From the IMG/VR virus record IMGVR_UViG_3300046028_008858, positions 1 through 25,859 of that record: a DNA stretch of 25,859 nucleotides. One strand, written 5' to 3'. This stretch comes from a virus. Lineage: Duplodnaviria > Caudoviricetes. The position numbers and the translations under genes are program-made. Below, piece after piece: positions 16,345-24,588 of the stretch; the first letter of the stretch is position 1, and every line of letters starts with the position of its first letter. The notes under the pieces are model-generated. The model did no database searches, was not told the DNA's origin, and saw only the letters and a list, made by a program, of their open reading frames with translations.

Positions 16345-17235
16345 GTGAGACAACTAATTAGAAAGATACTTAAAGAACAAACAGGCCAAGACAATCGTCC
16401 TAATAAGATTATGAAAATGATTGACGACATCGGACTATACAATACCGTTAAAATGGTCGGGGGTTATGAAAGTTTATTAAATTATATTAACCCTGAAGAT
16501 ATTACTGAATCGGATAAGATTAAATTTATTCGAGATGTTGTGACATCAAAAGGACCTGAGATAAGTGGAAGAAATAATATATCTACATTTGATTTAGGAA
16601 TTAAACCTATTTGGTATGATGAATACAAAAATAGGATTAGAGTTATTACTACCATGTATGGAAACGGTGCGAAGCTTAATGTATATATAAATGAAACATA
16701 TGATGATAGTGGAAATATGTTATATACCCATATGCCTGAAGATGTGATAGACAGAGTCTTTAAAGTAATGACAAACGTATTGGACGACAAAAAAGAGGAA
16801 ATGACCGAAGAAATGATTGAATCCGACCCCAAAGTAGGAACAGGGAAAAAACCTAAGGACTCTGACCGAAGGTTGTATACAGATGAAAACCCAAATGATA
16901 CGGTATCTGTAAAGTTCAGAACCAAACAAGATATCATTGATACCTTGAGTAAAGATAGTTTTAAATCTAAACCACACGCCAGACAATCTCAAATTATTAA
17001 TTTAATACATCAAAGATTGAGAGTTGCTTTAGAAAGGGCAAAAGACCCTGAAGTTAAAAATAGGTTAAGAACCGCTTTTGAATATATCGAAACTCGTAAA
17101 GAAAAGTCTAAAAAGAAAACAGAGGAAATGAGAGAGGGTGAGATTACTGAAAGATGTTGGAAAGGTTATACACAAAAAGGAATGAAGACAATGTTTGGTA
17201 AGAGATATCCCAACTGTGTTAAGAAAACAAAATAA
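16345..17235 (+). CDS. Multimodular hypothetical protein (GTGKKPK..RRLYTDENP and CWKGY...PNCVK modules)
   Basis: GTG start 4 nt after TATTTAT; MRQLIRKILKEQ leader; modules preceded by MIE and ITE. Confidence 0.85.
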   Translation: MRQLIRKILKEQTGQDNRPNKIMKMIDDIGLYNTVKMVGGYESLLNYINPEDITESDKIKFIRDVVTSKGPEISGRNNISTFDLGIKPIWYDEYKNRIRVITTMYGNGAKLNVYINETYDDSGNMLYTHMPEDVIDRVFKVMTNVLDDKKEEMTEEMIESDPKVGTGKKPKDSDRRLYTDENPNDTVSVKFRTKQDIIDTLSKDSFKSKPHARQSQIINLIHQRLRVALERAKDPEVKNRLRTAFEYIETRKEKSKKKTEEMREGEITERCWKGYTQKGMKTMFGKRYPNCVKKTK

Positions 17236-17241
17236 TGAAGT

Positions 17242-17265
17242 CCTCACTTAACGGTGGGGTTTTTT
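17242..17265 (+). terminator. Probable intrinsic terminator
   Basis: CCTCAC-ttaacg-GTGGGG-TTTTTT between convergent genes. Confidence 0.65.
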
Positions 17266-17266
17266 A

Positions 17267-17995
17267 TTAACCAATCTCACTATTCCTAATAGAAGCAATA
17301 AAGTACTTAACCTTCTCGGGTTCATATTCGTCACCTGAATTAAAAAGAATAAACTCCGAATCATTATTCATTATCCACACATTGGAATACTTCGGAAGAG
17401 CACTTGTCCAAACCCTCAAAGATGCTGGATACAACGTGGCGTCAGAGATTAAATAATCAACATCATCAAGGATGGTAAGATACATCTTTGTACCATATCC
17501 CATTCCGATTAATGATTTATCTGCTGCGGTTACTTTAACCTTATAAGAATCACCTGAGATTATATCGCTGCGGTCGGTACCAATTCTACCTACAAACAAT
17601 TTAGACGAGGGGTCAAAGAAATAATAGTTACGAGATTCAGATTCATCAATAAAGTAAACAAGACCACGACCATTCTTTAACTTGGTTAATTTGGTTGCAA
17701 GATAGAATGCAAATCCTGATAAGATATTTCTTGACTTAAGGTTCTTAGGTAGAGCGGAAGTTCCTAGTTCATCAAGTTCATCATAAAACTCCAATATATT
17801 ATCATCGGACAGGTCACTGACATTAGCTCCCACAACTTTGGTATAATAGTTCCTAAACGCGTTCACCCTTTTTCTCTCACTAAAACCATTAATGAATGTC
17901 CAAAAGAATTTAACGGGAGAGAGTTTAAACGTTCCTTTTTTTATACCCACTTCCTGTAGTGTTTTATATTGTGACTCTGTGATAATATACTTCAT
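17267..17995 (-). CDS. Protein with MKYIITESQY leader and C-terminal GNAT-like domain
   Basis: DKSLIGMGYGTKMY (acetyl-CoA binding motif A-like), LISD...AS.RVW. Confidence 0.6.
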   Translation of the reverse strand: MKYIITESQYKTLQEVGIKKGTFKLSPVKFFWTFINGFSERKRVNAFRNYYTKVVGANVSDLSDDNILEFYDELDELGTSALPKNLKSRNILSGFAFYLATKLTKLKNGRGLVYFIDESESRNYYFFDPSSKLFVGRIGTDRSDIISGDSYKVKVTAADKSLIGMGYGTKMYLTILDDVDYLISDATLYPASLRVWTSALPKYSNVWIMNNDSEFILFNSGDEYEPEKVKYFIASIRNSEIG

Positions 17996-18067
17996 AGTTT
18001 ATAAATAGATGAATAGTTAGAGTTTTTTATTGATTAAAACTCATTGGGTTTTTATATTTAAAAAAAT

Positions 18068-19033
18068 ATGAAAGATTTAATAATTGTAACCGCTTATTGC
18101 CCAACAGATGAACAAGTTGGTGCATTAGAAAAGTGTTTAGAATCAGTTAAAAAAACTGGATGTCACATTTTATTGGTGTCACATACTCATATCCCAATTC
18201 ACATTCAAAAAAAATGTCAGTATTACTTTTATGATTATCTAAATGAAACGTCAGATGATTATGATTTATTAGGTTATAATAATTATGCCACAAGTGATTT
18301 CATTATTCAATCAAGGTTTTTCATGAAAAAGTTTTATGGATTCGCAATTTATAGAATGTTTTCAATGGCAAGCCAAATAGCAATAAACTTTGGATATGAT
18401 AAACTACATCATATAGAGTATGATTGCGAACTATTGGACAAAACCATTATCGATGAACATAGTTCACTTTTAGAAACATATAATTCAGTATTATATACTA
18501 ATGACGGAACACCTGAAGGATTTCTTTTTGGTTCATTAAAATCTTTTAAAGTTACTTCTTTACCTGAAATGTTTAAAACATATAACAGAGATTATATAGA
18601 GGGTGAAATAAAAAAAATTGAACCTAATCATTTAGAGTATTTAACAAAAAAACTGTTTATTGATTCAGGGAATGTCTTATTTAAAAGCGAAAAAGATTTA
18701 TCTAAACAAAGATTCAGTAAGGGACCAAAGTTCTATGATATAGGTGTACACTATACTTTGTATTATAATTCAATTGACAATACAATAAACATTTTTTATC
18801 TCTCAAAAAAATCTTATAATGAGAATATTGTTGTGATAGTGAATGATAAAGTAGTTCGTTTTAAAGCGTTACCAAACCAATGGCGTATACAACCTTTAGG
18901 GTTATTAGATGATGTGAATTATGTTAGGATAGATAATTCCGATAAATGTCTATATGAGAAATCCTTTGATGACGAATTCAAAAGAGCATTCATAAATAAA
19001 TCGTACATCACTTACTATGAAAAAAATAATTAA
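18068..19033 (+). CDS. Hypothetical protein, possible GT-A glycosyltransferase-like
   Basis: LIIVTAY...LLVSH...YFYD..N...HIEYD (DxD-like); first gene of a sugar-modification operon. Confidence 0.45.
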   Translation: MKDLIIVTAYCPTDEQVGALEKCLESVKKTGCHILLVSHTHIPIHIQKKCQYYFYDYLNETSDDYDLLGYNNYATSDFIIQSRFFMKKFYGFAIYRMFSMASQIAINFGYDKLHHIEYDCELLDKTIIDEHSSLLETYNSVLYTNDGTPEGFLFGSLKSFKVTSLPEMFKTYNRDYIEGEIKKIEPNHLEYLTKKLFIDSGNVLFKSEKDLSKQRFSKGPKFYDIGVHYTLYYNSIDNTINIFYLSKKSYNENIVVIVNDKVVRFKALPNQWRIQPLGLLDDVNYVRIDNSDKCLYEKSFDDEFKRAFINKSYITYYEKNN

Positions 19034-19844
19034 TTTCACACCTACGGGGACACAAACCACAAGGGACAATTCGTTTGCTCCATTATTACCGAATGAAATA
19101 ATAGAGGAAGTTCATCATGCAAATGAAGTGGGGATTTCAATTGTGCACTTACACGCGAAAGATGAGGAAACATTACAAAACACCTACAAGAAAGAAGTGT
19201 ATCAAAAGATTATAGAAGGGATAAAAAAATATTGTCCTGAGCTATTGATTTGTGTTTCACTAACAGGAAGAAACTTCCCTGAGTTAGAGAAAAGAGCTGA
19301 GGTATTACAGTTACATCCTGATATGGGTTCACTAACCATGTCATCATTAAACTTCCCATCAGGGGCATCCATCAATCAACCTGATATGATACTTTCTTTA
19401 ATTCAAGAGATGGATAAATACGGGGTCCAACCTGAAATAGAATGTTTCGATACGGGAATGTTAAACTATACAAATTACCTTATTTCAAAGAAAATATTAA
19501 AATCACCACACCACATTAATGTCATATTAGGGAACATATACAACGGACAATGTGATTTTAGCACCTTATCAACCATCAAATCTAATCTACCAACAAACTC
19601 ATATACTTGTTTGGGTGGGATAGGTTCCCAACAACTCAAGAGTACCACATATGGCTTGTTAGATTTTGATGGAATCAGAATCGGATTAGAAGACAACCTA
19701 TACTACAAAGATAAGGAAAAGACAACAAATATAAAATTATTAAAACGAGCTCATAGAATAATGGAAGAATTGGAGATTATTCACTATAATTCAAACGAAT
19801 TAAGACAAAAAGGATATGGAAATAAAATTATTAATAATAGGTAA
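19017..19844 (+). CDS. Beta-keto acid cleavage enzyme (BKACE / DUF849 / Kce family)
   Basis: IINFTPTG, P..P.EI, G.SIVHLHA (Zn HxH), PDMGSL...SLNF, PEIECFD.G, RIGLEDN. Confidence 0.92.
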   Translation: MKKIINFTPTGTQTTRDNSFAPLLPNEIIEEVHHANEVGISIVHLHAKDEETLQNTYKKEVYQKIIEGIKKYCPELLICVSLTGRNFPELEKRAEVLQLHPDMGSLTMSSLNFPSGASINQPDMILSLIQEMDKYGVQPEIECFDTGMLNYTNYLISKKILKSPHHINVILGNIYNGQCDFSTLSTIKSNLPTNSYTCLGGIGSQQLKSTTYGLLDFDGIRIGLEDNLYYKDKEKTTNIKLLKRAHRIMEELEIIHYNSNELRQKGYGNKIINNR

Positions 19845-20457
19845 GGGAGATAATATCATAACAATGATATTGGATAATCTGTATTCAAATAATCTTAAAC
19901 CAAAAGTCACGGTTCATAACAACTTAAATTTACCAATAGTCAACTCATTTCATCATGACGATTTTAAAGTGGAAATTTTATCTGAGGTTAACCTATTTGA
20001 GTATGATATATTCATGCTCGGAGTTTACCAACCCAAATTTAAAATTAAACTGATTAAAGAACTTGGACTTACTAAAAACAAATTCATCAATGTAATCCAT
20101 GATGGGTTAGACATATCTAAGATGAGTACCATCGGTGGAGGAGTGTTAATTAACTCAAAGGTTTCAATAGCTGCACATACAAAGATAGGTGATTTTGTAA
20201 CAATCAACAGACATGTTTCCATAGGTCATCACACAACCATCGGTAACTATTGTTCCATTAACCCTGGTACCAACATCGCAGGAAACGTAATAATAGGTGA
20301 AGGAACAACCATAGGTATGGGGGTAAACATAATAGATGGTATAAAGGTAGGTAAGAATACCATAATAGGTGCGGGTTCTGTAGTAACGAGGGACATTCCT
20401 GATAACGTGGTTGCATACGGTTCACCTTGTAAAATCATTAGAGACAATGAAGCATAA
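19816..20457 (+). CDS. NeuD/PglD-type sugar N/O-acyltransferase (hexapeptide repeat)
   Basis: Left-handed beta-helix repeats, IGHH catalytic His, GAGSVVTRDIP...YGSPCK. Confidence 0.9.
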   Translation: MEIKLLIIGKGDNIITMILDNLYSNNLKPKVTVHNNLNLPIVNSFHHDDFKVEILSEVNLFEYDIFMLGVYQPKFKIKLIKELGLTKNKFINVIHDGLDISKMSTIGGGVLINSKVSIAAHTKIGDFVTINRHVSIGHHTTIGNYCSINPGTNIAGNVIIGEGTTIGMGVNIIDGIKVGKNTIIGAGSVVTRDIPDNVVAYGSPCKIIRDNEA

Positions 20458-21058
20458 TCCATATAAAATAGTGGAGATGTTTGAAGAGGAGATTGCCGAA
20501 TATACGGGAGCTCCATATGCAGTTGCATTAGACAACTGTACTGATGCATTATTCTTGTGTTGTACTTACTTAAAAGTACAGGATGTCACAATACCAAAGA
20601 AAACTTATTTGTCGGTCCCACAAGCTGTAATGGCGTCAGGGGGTAAAGTATTATTTGACGACACGGAATGGAAAGGACTATACCAATTAATACCATATCC
20701 AATATATGATTCAGCAAGAAGATTTACTTCAGGGATGTATATTCCAAATACATTTATGTGTCTATCGTTCCATCCCAAAAAAATATTAAAAATGAGAAAA
20801 GGTGGAATGATTCTAACTGATGACAAAGATGCTTACGATTGGTTCAAGAAAGCAAGACACGAAGGTAGAGATGAAATACCATATACACAAGACAACATCA
20901 CATTCATGGGGTGGAATATGTATATGACACCGCCTGATGCTGCGGAAGGACTATGGATGATGACATCTATGCCGAAACACAATGAAGATACAATAGAAGA
21001 TTATCCTGACTTAAGAAGAAACGATTTATATAAGGATATACTGTGTAAAGGTGAATAA
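20447..21058 (+). CDS. Short DegT/DnrJ/EryC1/StrS PLP aminotransferase
   Basis: FEE.IAEY.GAPYAVA.DNCT.AL, DSA, SFHPKK (PLP Lys), GGMILTDD, GWN..M; only 203 aa, lacks the usual C-terminal part. Confidence 0.85.
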   Translation: MKHNPYKIVEMFEEEIAEYTGAPYAVALDNCTDALFLCCTYLKVQDVTIPKKTYLSVPQAVMASGGKVLFDDTEWKGLYQLIPYPIYDSARRFTSGMYIPNTFMCLSFHPKKILKMRKGGMILTDDKDAYDWFKKARHEGRDEIPYTQDNITFMGWNMYMTPPDAAEGLWMMTSMPKHNEDTIEDYPDLRRNDLYKDILCKGE

Positions 21059-21127
21059 AAAAAAGGTTAGGTAATTTACAAAACAGATAATTTGTTTTAT
21101 ATTTTATTTAAACAAAAAAACCAAACT

Positions 21128-21841
21128 ATGTCTTATTTAAACACGCCCACACCTATCGTTGAAGCTTTCATCAGAGGTAATTTCCTCAGAAATCAAGAAG
21201 ATTCATTTGATAAAAAGTTCCCATGTTATATTTTTGGTGTGTCTTCCATACCTGCTCAGGCGCCACTATTTCACTTCATGATGGAAGATGGTGGAATTTG
21301 GTGGAGAATGCCCATACACGCTTTCTGTTGGAAAGAAGACGCTCCACAACAAGAATTAGACGAGCTTGTCTTATGGGACTCCTTTACTTATCACGTTGGA
21401 GTAACAGCGTTCCCGATTTTAAAAAACAAAACTTGCAAGTTTACTTCAAGAAGAAGAGTACAATATTCAGGACGTTACTTGTTCACTTTAGATTGGGGTA
21501 GTTCTGATGATATGAGTGATACAGACTTCGGACTTAGTGAATTCCCGTCTCAACATAAGTGCGGACACTTCATTCAGATGGATAATGGAAACTTCGCAAT
21601 CCAACCAAATAATCGTTTAATAATGCACGACCCATCTTTTACGGTGAAAGAAGAAATTGTAATCAATAGAAAATACAACACCACTCTTTGGACGGCGGAA
21701 AGAAATGGTAGATGGGTTACACCTGACACCGATGTATTTAATTATGACCACACAGACTTAGAATCAGGTGAATCTAATAAAGATAGGTCTGAGGAATACG
21801 ACAAGTTAGACGAAAAATACAAGAATGAAAATAATATTTGA
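21128..21841 (+). CDS. Hypothetical phage protein
   Basis: WWRMPIHAF, LWDSF, YLFTLDW, HKCGH...DNGNFAIQPNNR; start moved to ATG 21128. Confidence 0.8.
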   Translation: MSYLNTPTPIVEAFIRGNFLRNQEDSFDKKFPCYIFGVSSIPAQAPLFHFMMEDGGIWWRMPIHAFCWKEDAPQQELDELVLWDSFTYHVGVTAFPILKNKTCKFTSRRRVQYSGRYLFTLDWGSSDDMSDTDFGLSEFPSQHKCGHFIQMDNGNFAIQPNNRLIMHDPSFTVKEEIVINRKYNTTLWTAERNGRWVTPDTDVFNYDHTDLESGESNKDRSEEYDKLDEKYKNENNI

Positions 21842-22463
21842 CCATTTACACGGACACGTTAAGGATGATAGAGTTTTTTGCGAGGCGTTTGTAATCCCTG
21901 AAGGAGAAACAGAAGAAGAACTTTTGGGATTAGGGTTCCTACCAAATATTCAACCACCTATTTATTGGTATCAGGCTAAAAGTTGTAGAATCAACAATGA
22001 AAAAGTTGTTTTATCCTATAAGAGAAAAAAACTATTATCTCAACTTGAGATAGAAATCATTCCTTACGTGGATAACAAAGAAGATGTTGATTTGTTCTTT
22101 CAGGATTATTTTAAATGGAAAAAATTTGATATTATGGAATATTATAATAATAATTCAAATCATAGTGATTTAAAAATCATGAAAGTCAAATTGGATAATG
22201 TTGTCGTGGCATACACGAGGTTTAAAGAATTTGAAAATGTGTTGTTGGGATTAGAAACCGCATTTATTCATACTGAATTAAAATTTTCTTTTGGGAAGGA
22301 TTCTATACTACTACTAAGTAATTACGGAAAGACACAAGATAAGAATTATTTATACATTTACGAATCATATCAGGATTACTTTCCTTACAAATTAGAAATT
22401 ACTGGTGCTGAATTTTGGGAAGGGGAAAAATGGATTGACCCGACTATTTATAATCATGATTGA
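21825..22463 (+). CDS. ATE/Bpt-like aminoacyl-tRNA:protein transferase
   Basis: LGLGFLP...WYQ.KS.RI (ATE_N-like) and SFGK...YLYI...YK....G.EFW.G..W (ATE_C-like). Confidence 0.55.
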   Translation: MKIIFDHLHGHVKDDRVFCEAFVIPEGETEEELLGLGFLPNIQPPIYWYQAKSCRINNEKVVLSYKRKKLLSQLEIEIIPYVDNKEDVDLFFQDYFKWKKFDIMEYYNNNSNHSDLKIMKVKLDNVVVAYTRFKEFENVLLGLETAFIHTELKFSFGKDSILLLSNYGKTQDKNYLYIYESYQDYFPYKLEITGAEFWEGEKWIDPTIYNHD

Positions 22464-23169
22464 AGGTAATTTTAAAATACTGAGACACACTATTGAAGAA
22501 CTAAAAAAGTTCAAACGCGTGTTACTTTTAACATGTTCAAATAGAGGTGTAGAGGTAATGAAAACCCAAACACCAAAATCTTCAATACTTGCTCAAATCA
22601 TCAACAACAAAGTTGAAAACTCAGTATTAATTGATGTCACTCAACTAAAGATTTATCCATGTGAAGGTAATGTCTCAAGAATGGAAGGTAATGTTTGTGG
22701 TATCATGGAGGCTCAGTTAAAAGATGAAGAAAAGAATCCAACAGGATATCATAGATGTTGGGCGTCAATACACAATCCTGATGATGAACTTTGGAAGATA
22801 AGTAAAGAACTATTTGAGTCTGATTGTGTTATATTCTTCTCTTCTGTTAGATGGGGTGCGGCAAATATGTTTTATCAAAAACTAATAGAGAGATTAAATT
22901 GGATTAACAACAGATACATACCATATGGTGAATCAAACATAATCAAAAATACAAAATCAGGTTTTATCTGTGTTGGGCAACATAGTTACGCTGAACAAAT
23001 TTGTGAACTTCAATATAACAATCATAAATATTACGGATTTGATGCCGATAAAGATTTGTATTGGTTTTGGAAAGCGGAAGACATCGATTACGATTATGAA
23101 ACTTTACAAGGATACTTGGAAAGTTACCCTGAGTTCTTCGAAGAATTTCACATTAAGATAAAACCATAG
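22456..23169 (+). CDS. Flavodoxin-fold / NADPH-dependent FMN reductase (iron-sulfur flavoprotein-like)
   Basis: VLLLTCSNR, KS..LA, IYPCEG..S...C...CWAS..NPDDE, SSVRWG....YQKLIERL. Confidence 0.8.
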   Translation: MIEGNFKILRHTIEELKKFKRVLLLTCSNRGVEVMKTQTPKSSILAQIINNKVENSVLIDVTQLKIYPCEGNVSRMEGNVCGIMEAQLKDEEKNPTGYHRCWASIHNPDDELWKISKELFESDCVIFFSSVRWGAANMFYQKLIERLNWINNRYIPYGESNIIKNTKSGFICVGQHSYAEQICELQYNNHKYYGFDADKDLYWFWKAEDIDYDYETLQGYLESYPEFFEEFHIKIKP

Positions 23170-23177
23170 TAGTAAAG

Positions 23178-23217
23178 AAAAAAGGGGGTTGGGGGATTGA
23201 ATGCCAGCCACACAACG
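23178..23217. repeat. G-rich intergenic repeat, copy 1
   Basis: AAAAAAGGGGGTTGGGGGATTGAATGCCAGCCACACAACG; second copy at 24072. Confidence 0.85.
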
Positions 23218-23517
23218 CTAAATAATTAATCCTGTATCAATACCATAAGTCTTTTTAACATATCGGGACATACTATCATTAAACGAACCTATGGATAAAT
23301 TAAACATATCGCAACCGCCACTAAAATATCCATTAGAGCAATACCACATCACATCATTAATAGGTTGACCCAAAATCATATGTTTTTCGTATAAATGGTT
23401 CACTTTAAAAAATCCCTCCCATTTATCTTTAAAAATGATGCCGTCAAAGAAATGAGCGGAATCAAATTTGTGAGCCCAATAATGTTCTAACATCTTATCA
23501 ATCGTTTCGTTCGACAT
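23218..23517 (-). CDS. Hypothetical protein
   Basis: ~99 aa; start at 23517 or 23526; overlaps the end of the upstream gene. Confidence 0.7.
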   Translation of the reverse strand: MSNETIDKMLEHYWAHKFDSAHFFDGIIFKDKWEGFFKVNHLYEKHMILGQPINDVMWYCSNGYFSGGCDMFNLSIGSFNDSMSRYVKKTYGIDTGLII

Positions 23518-24007
23518 TGCCTTCATATCTAACAGGTGGAACAAAAGACATATCATATTCCGATAATTCAATTCTCAAACCATCCAAATCCTCACGGGAA
23601 TAGATGGGAGAAAACTTAGGTCTTTGATTAAACGGAACATCATCACGTTTATCCCACTCGTTCAATTCCTTCTCAGTATCAACAACCATACGTTTAAGGT
23701 ATTCGTGGTGTTTCCACTTATCATAGTCATCAACGGATTTAACGTACATAACATCGCCGTAGTTCTCTATATGAGAAAGGTCGGGGTTAGTAGAATAAAC
23801 ATCAACAATACCATCATCACCGAAATAACGATAACATAGTTCCTGAAGAGTGTGAGTATTATAAACATGTTCCTTCCAAATACGACCATACGAACGGACA
23901 TTACATAGATAGACATAGCCGTCAGAGTAATTCTTAATACGGTTAACTATATCGTTTTTAAGTTCAACAAGTTCTTCGATGGTGTAGTTTGTAATATCAA
24001 GTTTCAT
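23498..24007 (-). CDS. Hypothetical protein
   Basis: 169 aa; TACCTTTG -7 box on the minus strand at 24029-24036. Confidence 0.8.
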   Translation of the reverse strand: MKLDITNYTIEELVELKNDIVNRIKNYSDGYVYLCNVRSYGRIWKEHVYNTHTLQELCYRYFGDDGIVDVYSTNPDLSHIENYGDVMYVKSVDDYDKWKHHEYLKRMVVDTEKELNEWDKRDDVPFNQRPKFSPIYSREDLDGLRIELSEYDMSFVPPVRYEGNVERND

Positions 24008-24071
24008 ATGTGTATATTAATAATATAACAAAGGTAAGAAATTAAAATGATATATTATGTACAAAAACCAT

Positions 24072-24108
24072 AAAAAGGGGTTGGGGGATTAATGCCAGCC
24101 GAACAACG
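24072..24108. repeat. G-rich intergenic repeat, copy 2
   Basis: AAAAAGGGGTTGGGGGATTAATGCCAGCCGAACAACG. Confidence 0.85.
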
Positions 24109-24114
24109 ACAGAG

Positions 24115-24555
24115 TTATTCGTATATGTATATTAGACTACGAGCGTTAGTATGAAACGTCTTATTCATAATGGATAATAAAGGACCTCTCCAAATATTAA
24201 TACTACCAAATAAGTTAGTAATTCTCTCGTACATATCTTCCGACATAAGTATGGTCTCAAACTCACTATCACTTATATCAGGTCTATTCTCACAAACCTC
24301 AGGTAACTCATCTGAAATTTCCGAAGGGTAATCACCATCATCATCGTAGTAGTTACCATTAACTAATTTAAATAGATAATCATCGTATTCGCTCTGAGGT
24401 AGAACAAACACAACGGCATAAGGGTCACAACAAACACCCATACCACAATTAAATTCTGCCCAATCATGGTAACAGTCATCAAATCCTTCATAAGACATAT
24501 TAAGATATTTGTGAAGGATTTTAGTAAGTTTAGATTCTGATATTATTACTTCCAT
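24115..24555 (-). CDS. Hypothetical protein with MEVIISESKL..IL leader
   Basis: Start moved to 24555, 4 nt after TATTTAT; Cys cluster C...CGMGVCC. Confidence 0.8.
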   Translation of the reverse strand: MEVIISESKLTKILHKYLNMSYEGFDDCYHDWAEFNCGMGVCCDPYAVVFVLPQSEYDDYLFKLVNGNYYDDDGDYPSEISDELPEVCENRPDISDSEFETILMSEDMYERITNLFGSINIWRGPLLSIMNKTFHTNARSLIYIYE

Positions 24556-24588
24556 ATGGATAAATATGAATAAGATGTATTTATGAAT

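Noticed and set aside
23184-23195. Intramolecular G-quadruplex in the G-rich repeat
   Set aside because: Only two long G tracts per copy, insufficient for a standard four-tract fold
517-23839. Antisense or nested ORFs from the track (e.g. 517-759, 761-1033, 2631-2882, 7616-7837, 9477-9755, 16482-16937, 20247-20549, 21223-21501, 23624-23839)
   Set aside because: Shadows of well-supported genes in other frames, with no motifs or start signals
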